From: a virus
DNA length: 20,130 nt
Reading direction: 5' to 3' (one strand)
Virus record (IMG/VR): IMGVR_UViG_3300045988_163821
Span: 1-20,130 of that record
Position 1 is the first letter of the stretch, and every line of letters begins with the position of its first letter. The notes under the pieces were generated by a model that did not search any database, had not been told where the DNA came from, and saw only the letters and a list, made by a program, of their open reading frames with translations. A program made the position numbers and the translations under genes. Below are positions 1 through 8,800 of this stretch, piece by piece.

Positions 1-2
1 AT

Positions 3-482
3 ATGCCAACAGAAGAAGTTGAAGCAACATATATAAAAACAGCTGATACAGCCATTGTAGCTGGAAAAACATATTATACAAAATCAGAAACAAAATATAC
101 AGCAGTTGCAAGCCCCGTTGTTGGAAGCATTGCAAATTACTATGAGCTATCAGACGAAGCACATACAAAATATACAACATATGCACTAGGTGCAGGCTCA
201 ATCGATTATGAAGATTTAGGCGTAAAAGTTCCTTATGAAATGGATAGAAATCCATCAAAAAACGGTGGACAAGATACATTATATATTAGACAAAGAAAAG
301 TATATGCACCATATGGAATATCATATGAAAAAGCTTCACAAGCTACTTTATCTCCAACAAACAAAGAGCTTGAAAATGGTGCTAACTGGGCACTTGTAAA
401 TTCTGGAGAAGATGAGGAAAAATCTAAAAGCTATATAGATCACAAAGCTATTCCAATTGTAAGAATAATTTCAAGAGGATAA
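3..482 (+). CDS. Major capsid protein, C-terminal part (probably truncated by window start)
   Basis: C-terminal pattern YATYALG..SIDYEDLGVKVPYEMDRNPSKNGGQDTLYIRQRKVYAPYGISY...NWALVNSG...YIDHKAIPIVRIISRG resembles phage major capsid C-termini; position just before head-tail connection genes. Confidence 0.7.
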   Translation: MPTEEVEATYIKTADTAIVAGKTYYTKSETKYTAVASPVVGSIANYYELSDEAHTKYTTYALGAGSIDYEDLGVKVPYEMDRNPSKNGGQDTLYIRQRKVYAPYGISYEKASQATLSPTNKELENGANWALVNSGEDEEKSKSYIDHKAIPIVRIISRG

Positions 483-506
483 GAAGAAATTTCGGGAGGT
501 AATAGA

Positions 507-809
507 ATGAGAACTAATATTGAAAAGATAACAAGTGACCTAGGTCCTAATTATAAAGATACAGACAAGGAAATAATTGAAGAAATATACGAGGAAATAA
601 ATTCTATTGCCTCAAATATCTCTGGGTTAAAAAAAGAAGACACAAGATTATATCCATTAGTAAAAGAAGCGGTAAAAGCAACATATATTGCAAGAGGCGC
701 AGAGGGGTTAGCCAGTCGAGGTGAAGGTGGAATGTCTAGTACATTTAATAACATTATTGACAAGCTAAAGAAAGATATAATATCAAATAACTTAAGGAGG
801 TTACAATAA
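507..809 (+). CDS. Head-tail connector-like protein (gp6-like)
   Basis: 100 aa, starts after RBS-like gggaggt, located directly downstream of the capsid gene; synteny-based. Confidence 0.5.
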   Translation: MRTNIEKITSDLGPNYKDTDKEIIEEIYEEINSIASNISGLKKEDTRLYPLVKEAVKATYIARGAEGLASRGEGGMSSTFNNIIDKLKKDIISNNLRRLQ

Positions 810-1141
810 TGTTAACGAAAGATTTAACAAAAGTATGGATATCTGAACATACAACAATAAATGACCACGGAGAGAAAGAAAAAAAATGGAAATATAAAGG
901 AATAGCTTGGTTAAATTTGCAACAAGACTTAAATGAATTAGACAGAAAAACAAACGGAGAAGTAGACTACAGTATAGAAAACGCACGAACAGATATGGAA
1001 TATAACATTGCAAAAGGTGATGGAATATCCTTAAAAGATATATCTAAAATAGAACAAATAATACCAGATTACATAGTAACAGATAATCCTAAAGTAGGAA
1101 GAAATACATTGTACAAGTTGGAGAAGAACAATGGGAATTAG
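809..1141 (+). CDS. Head closure / head-tail adaptor-like protein
   Basis: 110 aa, start overlaps the previous stop; syntenic position in a siphophage neck module. Confidence 0.45.
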   Translation: MLTKDLTKVWISEHTTINDHGEKEKKWKYKGIAWLNLQQDLNELDRKTNGEVDYSIENARTDMEYNIAKGDGISLKDISKIEQIIPDYIVTDNPKVGRNTLYKLEKNNGN

Positions 1142-1670
1142 TTGTAAAATAAAAGTTAAGCATAACTTTAAAAAAATCGAAAAAATACAAAGTGGTTTGC
1201 AAAACAAAATAGGACAAGCAATAGAAGATGTATTAAAAAATATACAAGGATATGCAATAAGGCTTGAACGAGGACATAAAAGTGAAGGAATACTAATTGA
1301 ATTAGTTAATATGCAAACAAGAGAAATAAAAGGTCGAGTATATGCAGATCCTTCAAAATTTTTAGGAGAAAATGGGCAACCATATTTATGGTTTGAATAT
1401 TTTGGAACAGGACAATACGCAGAGCAAGAGCATATTGGAAACACAAAACATTTTATAGAAACAGGTTATACAGAATGGTATATTCCAGTACATAAAGTAG
1501 GTAGAAAACTAAATTTCCCAATAACAACAATAAATAATACACAGTTCTATGTAGCAACGGGTATGAAAGCAAACCATTTTTTAACAGATGCAGAGTTTAA
1601 AACCAGAGCAGAAAACAAAGAAATAATAAAGAAAAAAATAAATGAAATTATAAAGGAGGCGTGCAAGTGA
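1131..1670 (+). CDS. HK97 gp10-like neck/tail-completion protein
   Basis: 179 aa, overlaps upstream ORF by 11 nt; size and position typical of gp10-like proteins. Confidence 0.5.
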   Translation: MGISCKIKVKHNFKKIEKIQSGLQNKIGQAIEDVLKNIQGYAIRLERGHKSEGILIELVNMQTREIKGRVYADPSKFLGENGQPYLWFEYFGTGQYAEQEHIGNTKHFIETGYTEWYIPVHKVGRKLNFPITTINNTQFYVATGMKANHFLTDAEFKTRAENKEIIKKKINEIIKEACK

Positions 1671-2053
1671 GAGATTTAAGTGAAAAGGAGTTTTCTGATT
1701 TAATGTTTGAAAAGCTAGAAAGCTTGGGATATGAGCAAACATTACAGTACCCAACAACGGAAAGTATATTTCCATGTATCGAATTGCACAATCCCTTAAA
1801 AAGCATATTAAAAACACATAATGCATTTCCTATATTGTCAATGTTTCAATTTTCAGTTACATGCTGGAATGCAAAACAAAGATCATGTATGGATATGGCA
1901 AAAGAAATTGATAATAAATTACAAGAATACAATTTAACCAGAACAAATACAAGTCCGTTAATTTTTGATAACACATCAAAAAAATATGGATTAACGGTAA
2001 CATATGAGGTTCGCTATAATGGAATAACGAACGCATTTGAATTTATAAAATAG
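1667..2053 (+). CDS. Tail completion/terminator-like protein
   Basis: The track starts at GTG 1661, but GTG 1667 overlaps the upstream stop (GTGA) and sits ~7 nt after AAAGGAGG, so is the better start. Confidence 0.5.
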   Translation: MRDLSEKEFSDLMFEKLESLGYEQTLQYPTTESIFPCIELHNPLKSILKTHNAFPILSMFQFSVTCWNAKQRSCMDMAKEIDNKLQEYNLTRTNTSPLIFDNTSKKYGLTVTYEVRYNGITNAFEFIK

Positions 2054-2068
2054 AAAGGATGATTAATT

Positions 2069-2515
2069 ATGGCAGGAGAAATACCAGATGTATCAACTTT
2101 GACAAAAGTTTGGTACTCAGAAACCAAAGTTGGAGAAAGAACACAAGTAAGTTTTACTTCAGAAATTCCACAATTGGAGCAAGCACCGGATGCAATAACA
2201 GCAACTGTATTGGATCTAGACTATGAATTAGCACAGCCAGGGATAAGAAAGGCAGAAACAATAGAAATACCGATATTATATACACATACACAACATAAAA
2301 GATTAAGAGAATTAGATAAAGACAAAGAATATTTCTGGTTCTTTGAATTACCAGAGTCAACAGCACAAACTAAAGGAAAACCACTTGTAAGATATTTTAC
2401 TGGAAAAATAAGAATTACATTAGATACAATAACACCAGAAGAATTTATAAAAGATAAGATGTCACTGTATAAAACATCTGCTGTAGAAGAAAATGAAGGG
2501 TTTCCCACAGAATAG
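2069..2515 (+). CDS. Major tail (tube) protein
   Basis: MAGEIPDVSTLTKVWYSETKVGERTQVSFTSEIPQLEQAPDAIT... ; single-domain tail tube-like sequence upstream of the tail chaperone. Confidence 0.65.
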   Translation: MAGEIPDVSTLTKVWYSETKVGERTQVSFTSEIPQLEQAPDAITATVLDLDYELAQPGIRKAETIEIPILYTHTQHKRLRELDKDKEYFWFFELPESTAQTKGKPLVRYFTGKIRITLDTITPEEFIKDKMSLYKTSAVEENEGFPTE

Positions 2516-2623
2516 TTCTACATTAAGTGCTAGGAGTAGAACGAGTAAAATTACTAGCACAACAGAAAAAATATAGAGGAGGCATAAGTGTGCCTTCTCT
2601 CTTTTGCAAAGGAGATAAAAATA

Positions 2624-3073
2624 ATGGAAATGATAACAAAAAATAAAAAAATAAGTTTAGTATATAGAACAAGTAAGATTGTAAAAATAACAAACCTTTT
2701 AGATGGAAAAAGTTTTGAAGAGGTATATTTTAAAGCTTTAACAGAAAAAAATCTTGAGTCTTTGTCAAAGATAATTTTTATATTTGCAGAAGATTCAGAT
2801 ACAGGGATATCTGCATTCCAAATTTTCGAAGAAGTTTATGATTTTATAGATGTATATATGGAAGAAAAAAATAAAACATACAATGATATATTTAAAGAAA
2901 TTGCTGAGGATATAAATAAAATGGGTTTTTTCAACAAAAAAATGAAAAAAGAAGAATTGATGGAAAAAATAAACAGCGATATAACAATAGATATGAACGA
3001 GATAATAAAAAAATCAGCAGAGAAAGCTGTAGCAAATATTGCAGAGGAAGAGTTCAAGTTTTCACGAGGCTAG
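2624..3073 (+). CDS. Tail assembly chaperone (gpG-like)
   Basis: Track start is GTG 2588; ATG 2624 follows AAAGGAG with good spacing. Position between tail tube and tape measure; C-terminus AEEEFKFSRG*. Open -1 frame continues downstream. Confidence 0.65.
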   Translation: MEMITKNKKISLVYRTSKIVKITNLLDGKSFEEVYFKALTEKNLESLSKIIFIFAEDSDTGISAFQIFEEVYDFIDVYMEEKNKTYNDIFKEIAEDINKMGFFNKKMKKEELMEKINSDITIDMNEIIKKSAEKAVANIAEEEFKFSRG

Positions 3074-3357
3074 ACGATATAATTGCCAATATTCAAACTA
3101 GCCAAACTATAGAGCAGTTAGTATATGCATATGAACCACTTTGTTATTATTATGGGATGCAACCAAGGGAGTTTTGGAATTGCGATTTTAAAAGAGTAAC
3201 TTTGTATTGTGCAAGTAATACTATAAAAGAAAACGAAAATTATAAACAAAGTATAATTTTAAATGAAGCAGTAACAAATAAAATAATACAAGCACATCCA
3301 TTAAATAGAAAGCCTAAAATTGTGCCTTTAACCAATGTTTTTAGAAATTTTTTTTAA
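3067..3357 (+). CDS. Tail assembly chaperone C-terminal extension (gpT-like part of GT), probably made by -1 frameshift
   Basis: -1 frame reads RLDDIIANIQTSQTIEQLVYAYEPLCYYYGMQPREFWNCDFKRVTLY..., the Y/F.P..FW pattern typical of T-like extensions; track shows only the 3157..3357 part. Confidence 0.6.
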   Translation, partial: RLDDIIANIQTSQTIEQLVYAYEPLCYYYGMQPREFWNCDFKRVTLYCASNTIKENENYKQSIILNEAVTNKIIQAHPLNRKPKIVPLTNVFRNFF

Positions 3358-3379
3358 AAAAAATAAAAAAACGACAAAA

Positions 3380-3412
3380 TTCGACACAAACAAAAAGAAA
3401 AAATGATATAAT
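3380..3412 (+). promoter_or_regulatory. Candidate promoter with Spo0A-box-like TTCGACA
   Basis: TTCGACA 3380-3386, TATAAT 3407-3412, upstream of the 3444 ORF; -35 match poor and spacing long (~20 nt). Confidence 0.45.
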
Positions 3413-3443
3413 GTACTTATTATTTTTTTAGGAGGTAAAAGTT

Positions 3444-4037
3444 ATGGCAACAACAGCACTAGTATTGGGAATATTGGGAATTGTAACATGCTGGATACCA
3501 TATGTAGGTATGATTTTAGGAGCACTAGCTGCAATATTTGGATTTTGTGGTTATATAACAAAACATAAAGGAATTGCAGGATTAGTATTAGGAATACTTG
3601 CAATGTTTTTTAGCTTTTTCTTTATTATTAATCCAAGTAATAATACAAGTATATTACAAAACAATACTCAAAATGAAATTGTAGTAGATGAAACTGAATA
3701 CAAAGATGAATGTATAGAAAAAAGTTATGAAGAATTAGCACGTAATCCAGACAATGTTAAAGGAACAAAGGTAAAAGTAACTGGAGAAGTTATACAAGTA
3801 ACAGAATATAATAACAAAACTGAATTAAGAGTAAATATAACAAAAGAAGAGTATGGATATTATACAGATACAATATATGTAACATATGTTCCAAAAAATG
3901 GAGAAGATAAGATATTAGAAAATGATATAATAACCATATATGGAACTGCAAAAGGAGATTACTCTTATACATCTATAATGGGAGCTAAGGTTACATTACC
4001 TAAAATAGATGCAGATTTTATTGAAATTAATAAGTAA
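3444..4037 (+). CDS. DUF4190-like membrane protein with C-terminal OB-fold-like domain
   Basis: N-terminus MATTALVLGILGIVTCWIPYVGMILGALAAIFGFCGYITKHKGIAGLVLGILAMFF; extracytoplasmic part ...VKGTKVKVTGEVIQVTE...VTYVPKNGEDKILENDIITIYGTAKGDY. RBS AGGAGG upstream. Confidence 0.65.
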   Translation: MATTALVLGILGIVTCWIPYVGMILGALAAIFGFCGYITKHKGIAGLVLGILAMFFSFFFIINPSNNTSILQNNTQNEIVVDETEYKDECIEKSYEELARNPDNVKGTKVKVTGEVIQVTEYNNKTELRVNITKEEYGYYTDTIYVTYVPKNGEDKILENDIITIYGTAKGDYSYTSIMGAKVTLPKIDADFIEINK

Positions 4038-4041
4038 AAAC

Positions 4042-4076
4042 AGAAAAAGTCTTGAAAATCAAGACTTTTTCTTTTA
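4042..4076 (+). terminator. Rho-independent terminator
   Basis: AGAAAAAGTCTTGA-AAA-TCAAGACTTTTTCT, perfect 14-bp stem followed by TTTT. Confidence 0.85.
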
Positions 4077-4110
4077 CCAAAAAATAATTTAAAAAAATTT
4101 AAAATACCTC

Positions 4111-4157
4111 TTGACTTTTGTGGGAACATATAATATTATTTATGTGTGAACAAAAGT
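4111..4157 (+). promoter_or_regulatory. Promoter with flanking inverted repeat (candidate operator)
   Basis: TTGACT 4111-4116, 17-nt spacer, TATTAT 4134-4139; ACTTTTGT (4114-4121) and ACAAAAGT (4150-4157) are perfect inverted copies. Confidence 0.6.
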
Positions 4158-4346
4158 GAGGTGAGAAAAATAGAAAATAAAAAGATGGGTAGACCTACAA
4201 ATAATCCAAAAAACGAGGAATTAAAAGTAAGAATATCAAAAGAAGATAAAGAAAAATTAGAATATTGTATCAATCATAGTAATAAAAGTAAATCAGAAAT
4301 AGTTAGAAATGGAATAGATATGGTCTATAATAACTTAAAAAAATAG
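4146..4346 (+). CDS. Small ribbon-helix-helix (Arc/CopG-like) regulator; true start may be GTG 4161 or ATG 4185
   Basis: MGRPTNNPKNEELKVRISKEDKEKLEYCINHSNKSKSEIVRNGIDMVYNNLKK matches RHH organisation. Confidence 0.65.
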   Translation: MNKSEVRKIENKKMGRPTNNPKNEELKVRISKEDKEKLEYCINHSNKSKSEIVRNGIDMVYNNLKK

Positions 4347-4439
4347 AGATAATCTGCTGAATGTTTTGGCGAACGTAACAGATTATCTCACGAATAAGAA
4401 CTTTAGCTCTTACAAATATATTGTATCACAGTAAGGGCT
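4346..4439 (+). ncRNA. Structured RNA leader of the 54-aa membrane protein gene (candidate cis-regulatory RNA)
   Basis: Perfect 11-bp stem GAGATAATCTG/CAGATTATCTC (4346-4356/4379-4389) with inner AUGUU/AACGU helix; second 9-bp stem AGCTCTTAC/GTAAGGGCT (4405-4413/4431-4439); alternative TAAGA/TCTTA pairing. Confidence 0.4.
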
Positions 4440-4469
4440 GAAATTCAAGATGAATGGAGGTCTTTTTTT

Positions 4470-4634
4470 ATGGGATTAATAGAAAGTATAATAACAGGAT
4501 TATTTATAATTACATTATTAGCATTATATACAATCATAGGATTTATCGGATTAATGTTTATACAACTAATAAGCTATAGAGTATTTAAGTTTAATATTTA
4601 CAAAAAAATATTTAGAAAGTTTATGGAGGTGTAA
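4470..4634 (+). CDS. 54-aa single-pass membrane protein
   Basis: MGLIESIITGLFIITLLALYTIIGFIGLMFIQLISYRVFKFNIYKKIFRKFMEV*; RBS TGGAGG upstream; missing from supplied ORF track. Confidence 0.6.
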   Translation: MGLIESIITGLFIITLLALYTIIGFIGLMFIQLISYRVFKFNIYKKIFRKFMEV

Positions 4635-4638
4635 ACAT

Positions 4639-4989
4639 ATGGAATTAAAAGATAGAATCCAAAATTATTATAAAAGTGAAAAAATAAAAGTGGATGATGA
4701 ATTTGTTAGTGGAGTAATAGCAGATAAAGATAGAGCTAATAAATTGATAAAATTTTTCGAACCAATTGAAATAAAGGCAATGAATTATATTTATGGCAAA
4801 GATGAAAACAATAAATATTTTACAGAATATGAGCTTGAAAGTGCATCAAAAGTAAATTTATTTGATAAAAAGGTTGTTAAGCTATGTAAAATAATTTGGG
4901 ATAACAGAAATAATACTGAAAGATTAGAAAAATTCATAAAACAATTAGAATCAAAACAGAAATTATTATTTAATGAGAATCAAATGTAA
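4639..4989 (+). CDS. Hypothetical protein
   Basis: 116-aa ORF; RBS TATGGAGGTG just upstream. Confidence 0.6.
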   Translation: MELKDRIQNYYKSEKIKVDDEFVSGVIADKDRANKLIKFFEPIEIKAMNYIYGKDENNKYFTEYELESASKVNLFDKKVVKLCKIIWDNRNNTERLEKFIKQLESKQKLLFNENQM

Positions 4990-5046
4990 AAAGCTTTTTC
5001 TGAAAATTAAAAGGGGATAATTTAATAAAAGAAAGAGGTAATTGAT

Positions 5047-5793
5047 ATGAATAATAAATTAGAATTAGTAAAATCAAGTAAATTTGGAGAAGTAGAATGT
5101 GATATCTACTCAAATGAAAAAGAAATGTTTATGACAAGTACACAATTAGGAGAATGTTTAGGTTACAACAATCCTAGAAAATCTATAAGTAATTTAGTAA
5201 ATAGATTTGAATACTTAAAAGAAAAGGATTTTTCAGGTGTCATCAAATTGAGGACTCCTTCAGGAGAACAAGAAACAAGAGTATTCACAGAAGATGGAAT
5301 ATATGAAGTAACAATGCTAGCAAAAACAGAAAAAGCGAAAGAGTTTAGAGCATTTATAAGAAAATTACTTAAGTCTTTGAGAAAAGGTGAAAATAAATTA
5401 ATTAAAACATCAGAATATCAGAAATTAACAGCAGAAGCAAAATTAAATAATTCTAGAGCAAGAATGGCAAGTATATTGATGAAACTAGCAGACAAGACAG
5501 ATATAAAAGAGTATAAACAAGTATGTTGTTCTTATGCAAGTACAATTATAGCTGGAAAGCCATTATTACCATTACCAGAGGTTAACAAGAAAACATATTC
5601 AGCAACAGATATAGCTAATATATTGGGTGTAACAGCAAATAAAATAGGAATATTAGCTAATAGAAATAATCTTAAAACCAAACAATACGGAAAAATGTTT
5701 TATGATAAATCAAGATATTCAAACAAAGAAGTAGAAACATTTAGATATTATGATGAAGCAATTCCAAAATTCAAGGAATTATTAAGTTTATAA
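5047..5793 (+). CDS. Phage antirepressor, BRO-N domain plus C-terminal DNA-binding-like domain
   Basis: FGEVECDIYSNEKEMFMTSTQLGECLGYNNPRKSISNLVNR...GEQETRVFTEDGIYEVTMLAKTEKAKEFRAFIRKLLKSLRKGE resembles BRO-N; C-term YSATDIANILGVTANKIGILANRNNLK. Confidence 0.8.
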   Translation: MNNKLELVKSSKFGEVECDIYSNEKEMFMTSTQLGECLGYNNPRKSISNLVNRFEYLKEKDFSGVIKLRTPSGEQETRVFTEDGIYEVTMLAKTEKAKEFRAFIRKLLKSLRKGENKLIKTSEYQKLTAEAKLNNSRARMASILMKLADKTDIKEYKQVCCSYASTIIAGKPLLPLPEVNKKTYSATDIANILGVTANKIGILANRNNLKTKQYGKMFYDKSRYSNKEVETFRYYDEAIPKFKELLSL

Positions 5794-5812
5794 AAAATTA
5801 AATAAAACAAAG

Positions 5813-5845
5813 CGTCAGAATAAATTTTCTGACGTTTTATTTTTT
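5813..5845 (+). terminator. Rho-independent terminator between antirepressor and tape measure gene
   Basis: CGTCAGAA-TAAATT-TTCTGACG followed by TTTTATTTTTT. Confidence 0.8.
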
Positions 5846-5862
5846 AGGAAAGGAGGGAAAAT

Positions 5863-8800
5863 ATGACTGTAGAAGAAATAGAAATAATAGTAACAGCAAA
5901 GGTTGAAGAGGCTCTAAGGGAGTTTAAAAAAATCTCTCCAAAAATAAAAAAGGAATTATCAACAATACAAGCAGAAACCGAGAAGGTAAATTTTAATGGG
6001 TTAGCTAAGAAAGTAAAAGCTAGTGGAATTGATAAAGAATTAAATAAAGTAAAGAACAAAATAAAAAAGACATTCGATCCAAATGATGTTAGTGGTATAA
6101 AAATGCAAGGAATAAAGCAAGAAATAGCTGGAGTATCTAAAGAAACACAAAAACTAAAAGGAAGTGCAAAGCAATTAGGAAATGCATATGACTTACAAAG
6201 ATATAAACAAAAAATGCAAGAATTAAAGGTTGAAACTAAGAACACTAATAAAGAAGTTTCTAAAGTTGGACATGTAAAATATGATACTAAGTCAATTCAG
6301 GGTTTTGTAGATGGTTACAATAAAAAATTTGACCCAAATGAAGTAAGCTTTACTACAACTGGTCTAAAAACTACATATGATGCATTTGGTAAGTTAAATT
6401 TAAAACAGCAAGAATTACATAAAGAAATGGAAACATTAAGTGAGAAATTAGGGAATACTCCCAAAGGAGAACAATATGACAGTATATTAAAAAAGCTGAT
6501 TAGCCTTAATAAAGAGGCACAAGGACTACCTACTAATATTGGAAAAACAAATCAACAATTAAATAAAAATATGAGTATGCCACAAATTAGTACACATTCC
6601 AATATGCAAGCAGATGCACAACCTAGTCAGCAAAGCTTTAGTTTATGGGATACATTAAAATCTAAGATAGAACAAATAAAACCACAAGTACAACAAGTTC
6701 ATAGTATGTTTCAAAATGTGAGTATAAATCCAAATACTAAGCAATTAGATTTGGTAAAATATAAAATTAGTGAAATTGAGGAAAAATTACAAAAAGCTAA
6801 GGAAGGAAAAATACATTTAAATACAAAAGACATAATACAAACAGAAGCACAGCTAGAAAAATTGAACAATCAAAAACAAAAATTAGAAAGTAATACAAAT
6901 AGTAGAGGAAACATATTTTCTACTATTTTTAGCTCTTTAAGAAAAATAACACCACAAATGAATAATGTACAAGGCATAGCTGTAAATGTGAAAAACACAA
7001 TACGAGGCATGGGGACAGGAGTAAAAAATGGTTTAGGACATATTTTAAAATATGCTGGAGCTCTATTTTCTATGCAAGGAATTTATAGCACATTAAGTAG
7101 TTGCGCTAATACATGGTTAAGCAGTCAGAATGCTGGAGCTAAACAATTAAGTGCAAATATAGAGTACATGAAATATGCGATGGGATCTGCATTAGCACCA
7201 GTAATTCAATTTGTAACTAACTTAGTATATCAGCTAATGAAGGCGATACAAAGCGTTGCGTACGCTTTAACAGGAGTAAATATTTTTGCTAATGCAAGTG
7301 CAAAAGCATACAATAATATGGCAAAAAGTGCTGGAAAGGCTGCAAAAGCAAGTAAATCAAATCATGTAGCAGATTTCGATGAAATACACAATATACAAAA
7401 AGATAGTAGTGGAAGTGGAAGCGCGGCTGGAGCAACTCCAAATTTTGATTTGTCTAAAATTGAAAATTTAGACAATACACTTATAAAAGCTATAAAAAAC
7501 GGAGATTGGTATAAAGTTGGAGAAGAGCTAGGGAAAAAAATAAATGAATCTTTGGAAAAAATTCCGTGGAATAAAATACAAAATAGCGCTAAGAAAGTAG
7601 CTACTAATATTGCGGACTTTATTAACGGATTTATAGATGGAACAGATTGGAGCTTGATAGGTTCAACAATTGGAAATGGAATTAATACAGCGTTAATATT
7701 TACAGATACTTTTTTTAAAAGAACTAATTTTGAAAAAATTGGGAAAGCAGTTGCAACAACATTAAATTCTGGAATAAAGACTCAAGACTGGAAATTAACA
7801 GGTAGAACAATTGCAGATGGCATAAATTCTGCAGTAGATACAGCATATGGATTTGTAAAAAATTTTGATTGGGCAAATTTCGGAACTTCTATTGGTGAGG
7901 GAATAGAAGAAGCAATAAAGGATATTGACTGGAGCAAATTGCTTGATACATTATGGACCGGATTTAAAGGACTACTTGTAAGTTTAAAGAATTTGTTTTT
8001 TACATCAGTAAGAGGCTCTGTAGTGGAAAATCACACCGAATTGCTTGTAAAAATGTGGGGATTAAATTTAACTGACAAAGAAATGGAAGAACTTAAAAAA
8101 GATTTTGAGGATAAATATACAAGACTTTTTATAAATGGAGATTGGAGCGTTTTAACAGATTCTATTAAGACATTAGGAAGAAATATTGTAGAAGGCATAA
8201 AACAAGGAATGCATGAAAAAATTAGAGATTTAAAAGATTGGATTAAAGAAAAATTTGATGAATCAATAATTGGAGCAATAGTTAGTTTATTTCAAATTCA
8301 CAGCCCATCAAAAGTAATGTACGAAATTGGTCAATATATTGTTCAAGGTTTGTTAGATGGAATAGCAAGTTTAATTGGAAATGTTCCTTTAAATTTTGGA
8401 CAAATGAAAGAAAATGCATTGAAGAAAATAGAAGAGATGAAAAATGGAATTGGAACAAAAATTGGAAATATAAAAAATAATGTGTTGAATTGGGCTGGAG
8501 ATGTAAAAGGTAACATGTCAAATTGTTGGGAAAATTGTTGTAAAACAGTTGGAAACAAATTAGAAACAATGAAAAGTTCAATTTCTACAGGTTTAAGTAG
8601 GGCCGGTACAATAATAAAAAACTGGGATAATAATACTGGAAATACTTTTTCTACATTAGCAAGTAATGCTGGAAAATGGGGAAGAGATTTAGCAGAAAAT
8701 ATGGCAAATGGAATAAAAAGAAATACAGAAAAAGTGACATCGGCAGTAAGCAATGTTGCAAGTAAAATTAAAAGTTTTCTACATTTCACTGAACCGGATG

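Noticed and set aside
3007-3013. A7 run as definite frameshift site for GT
   Set aside because: Canonical heptamer and in frame, but the resulting linker is Cys/Arg-rich and unlike the surrounding protein; kept only as a candidate.
4129-4134. TATAAT as the -10 of the RHH gene promoter
   Set aside because: Only 12 nt from TTGACT; TATTAT at 4134-4139 gives the proper 17-nt spacing.
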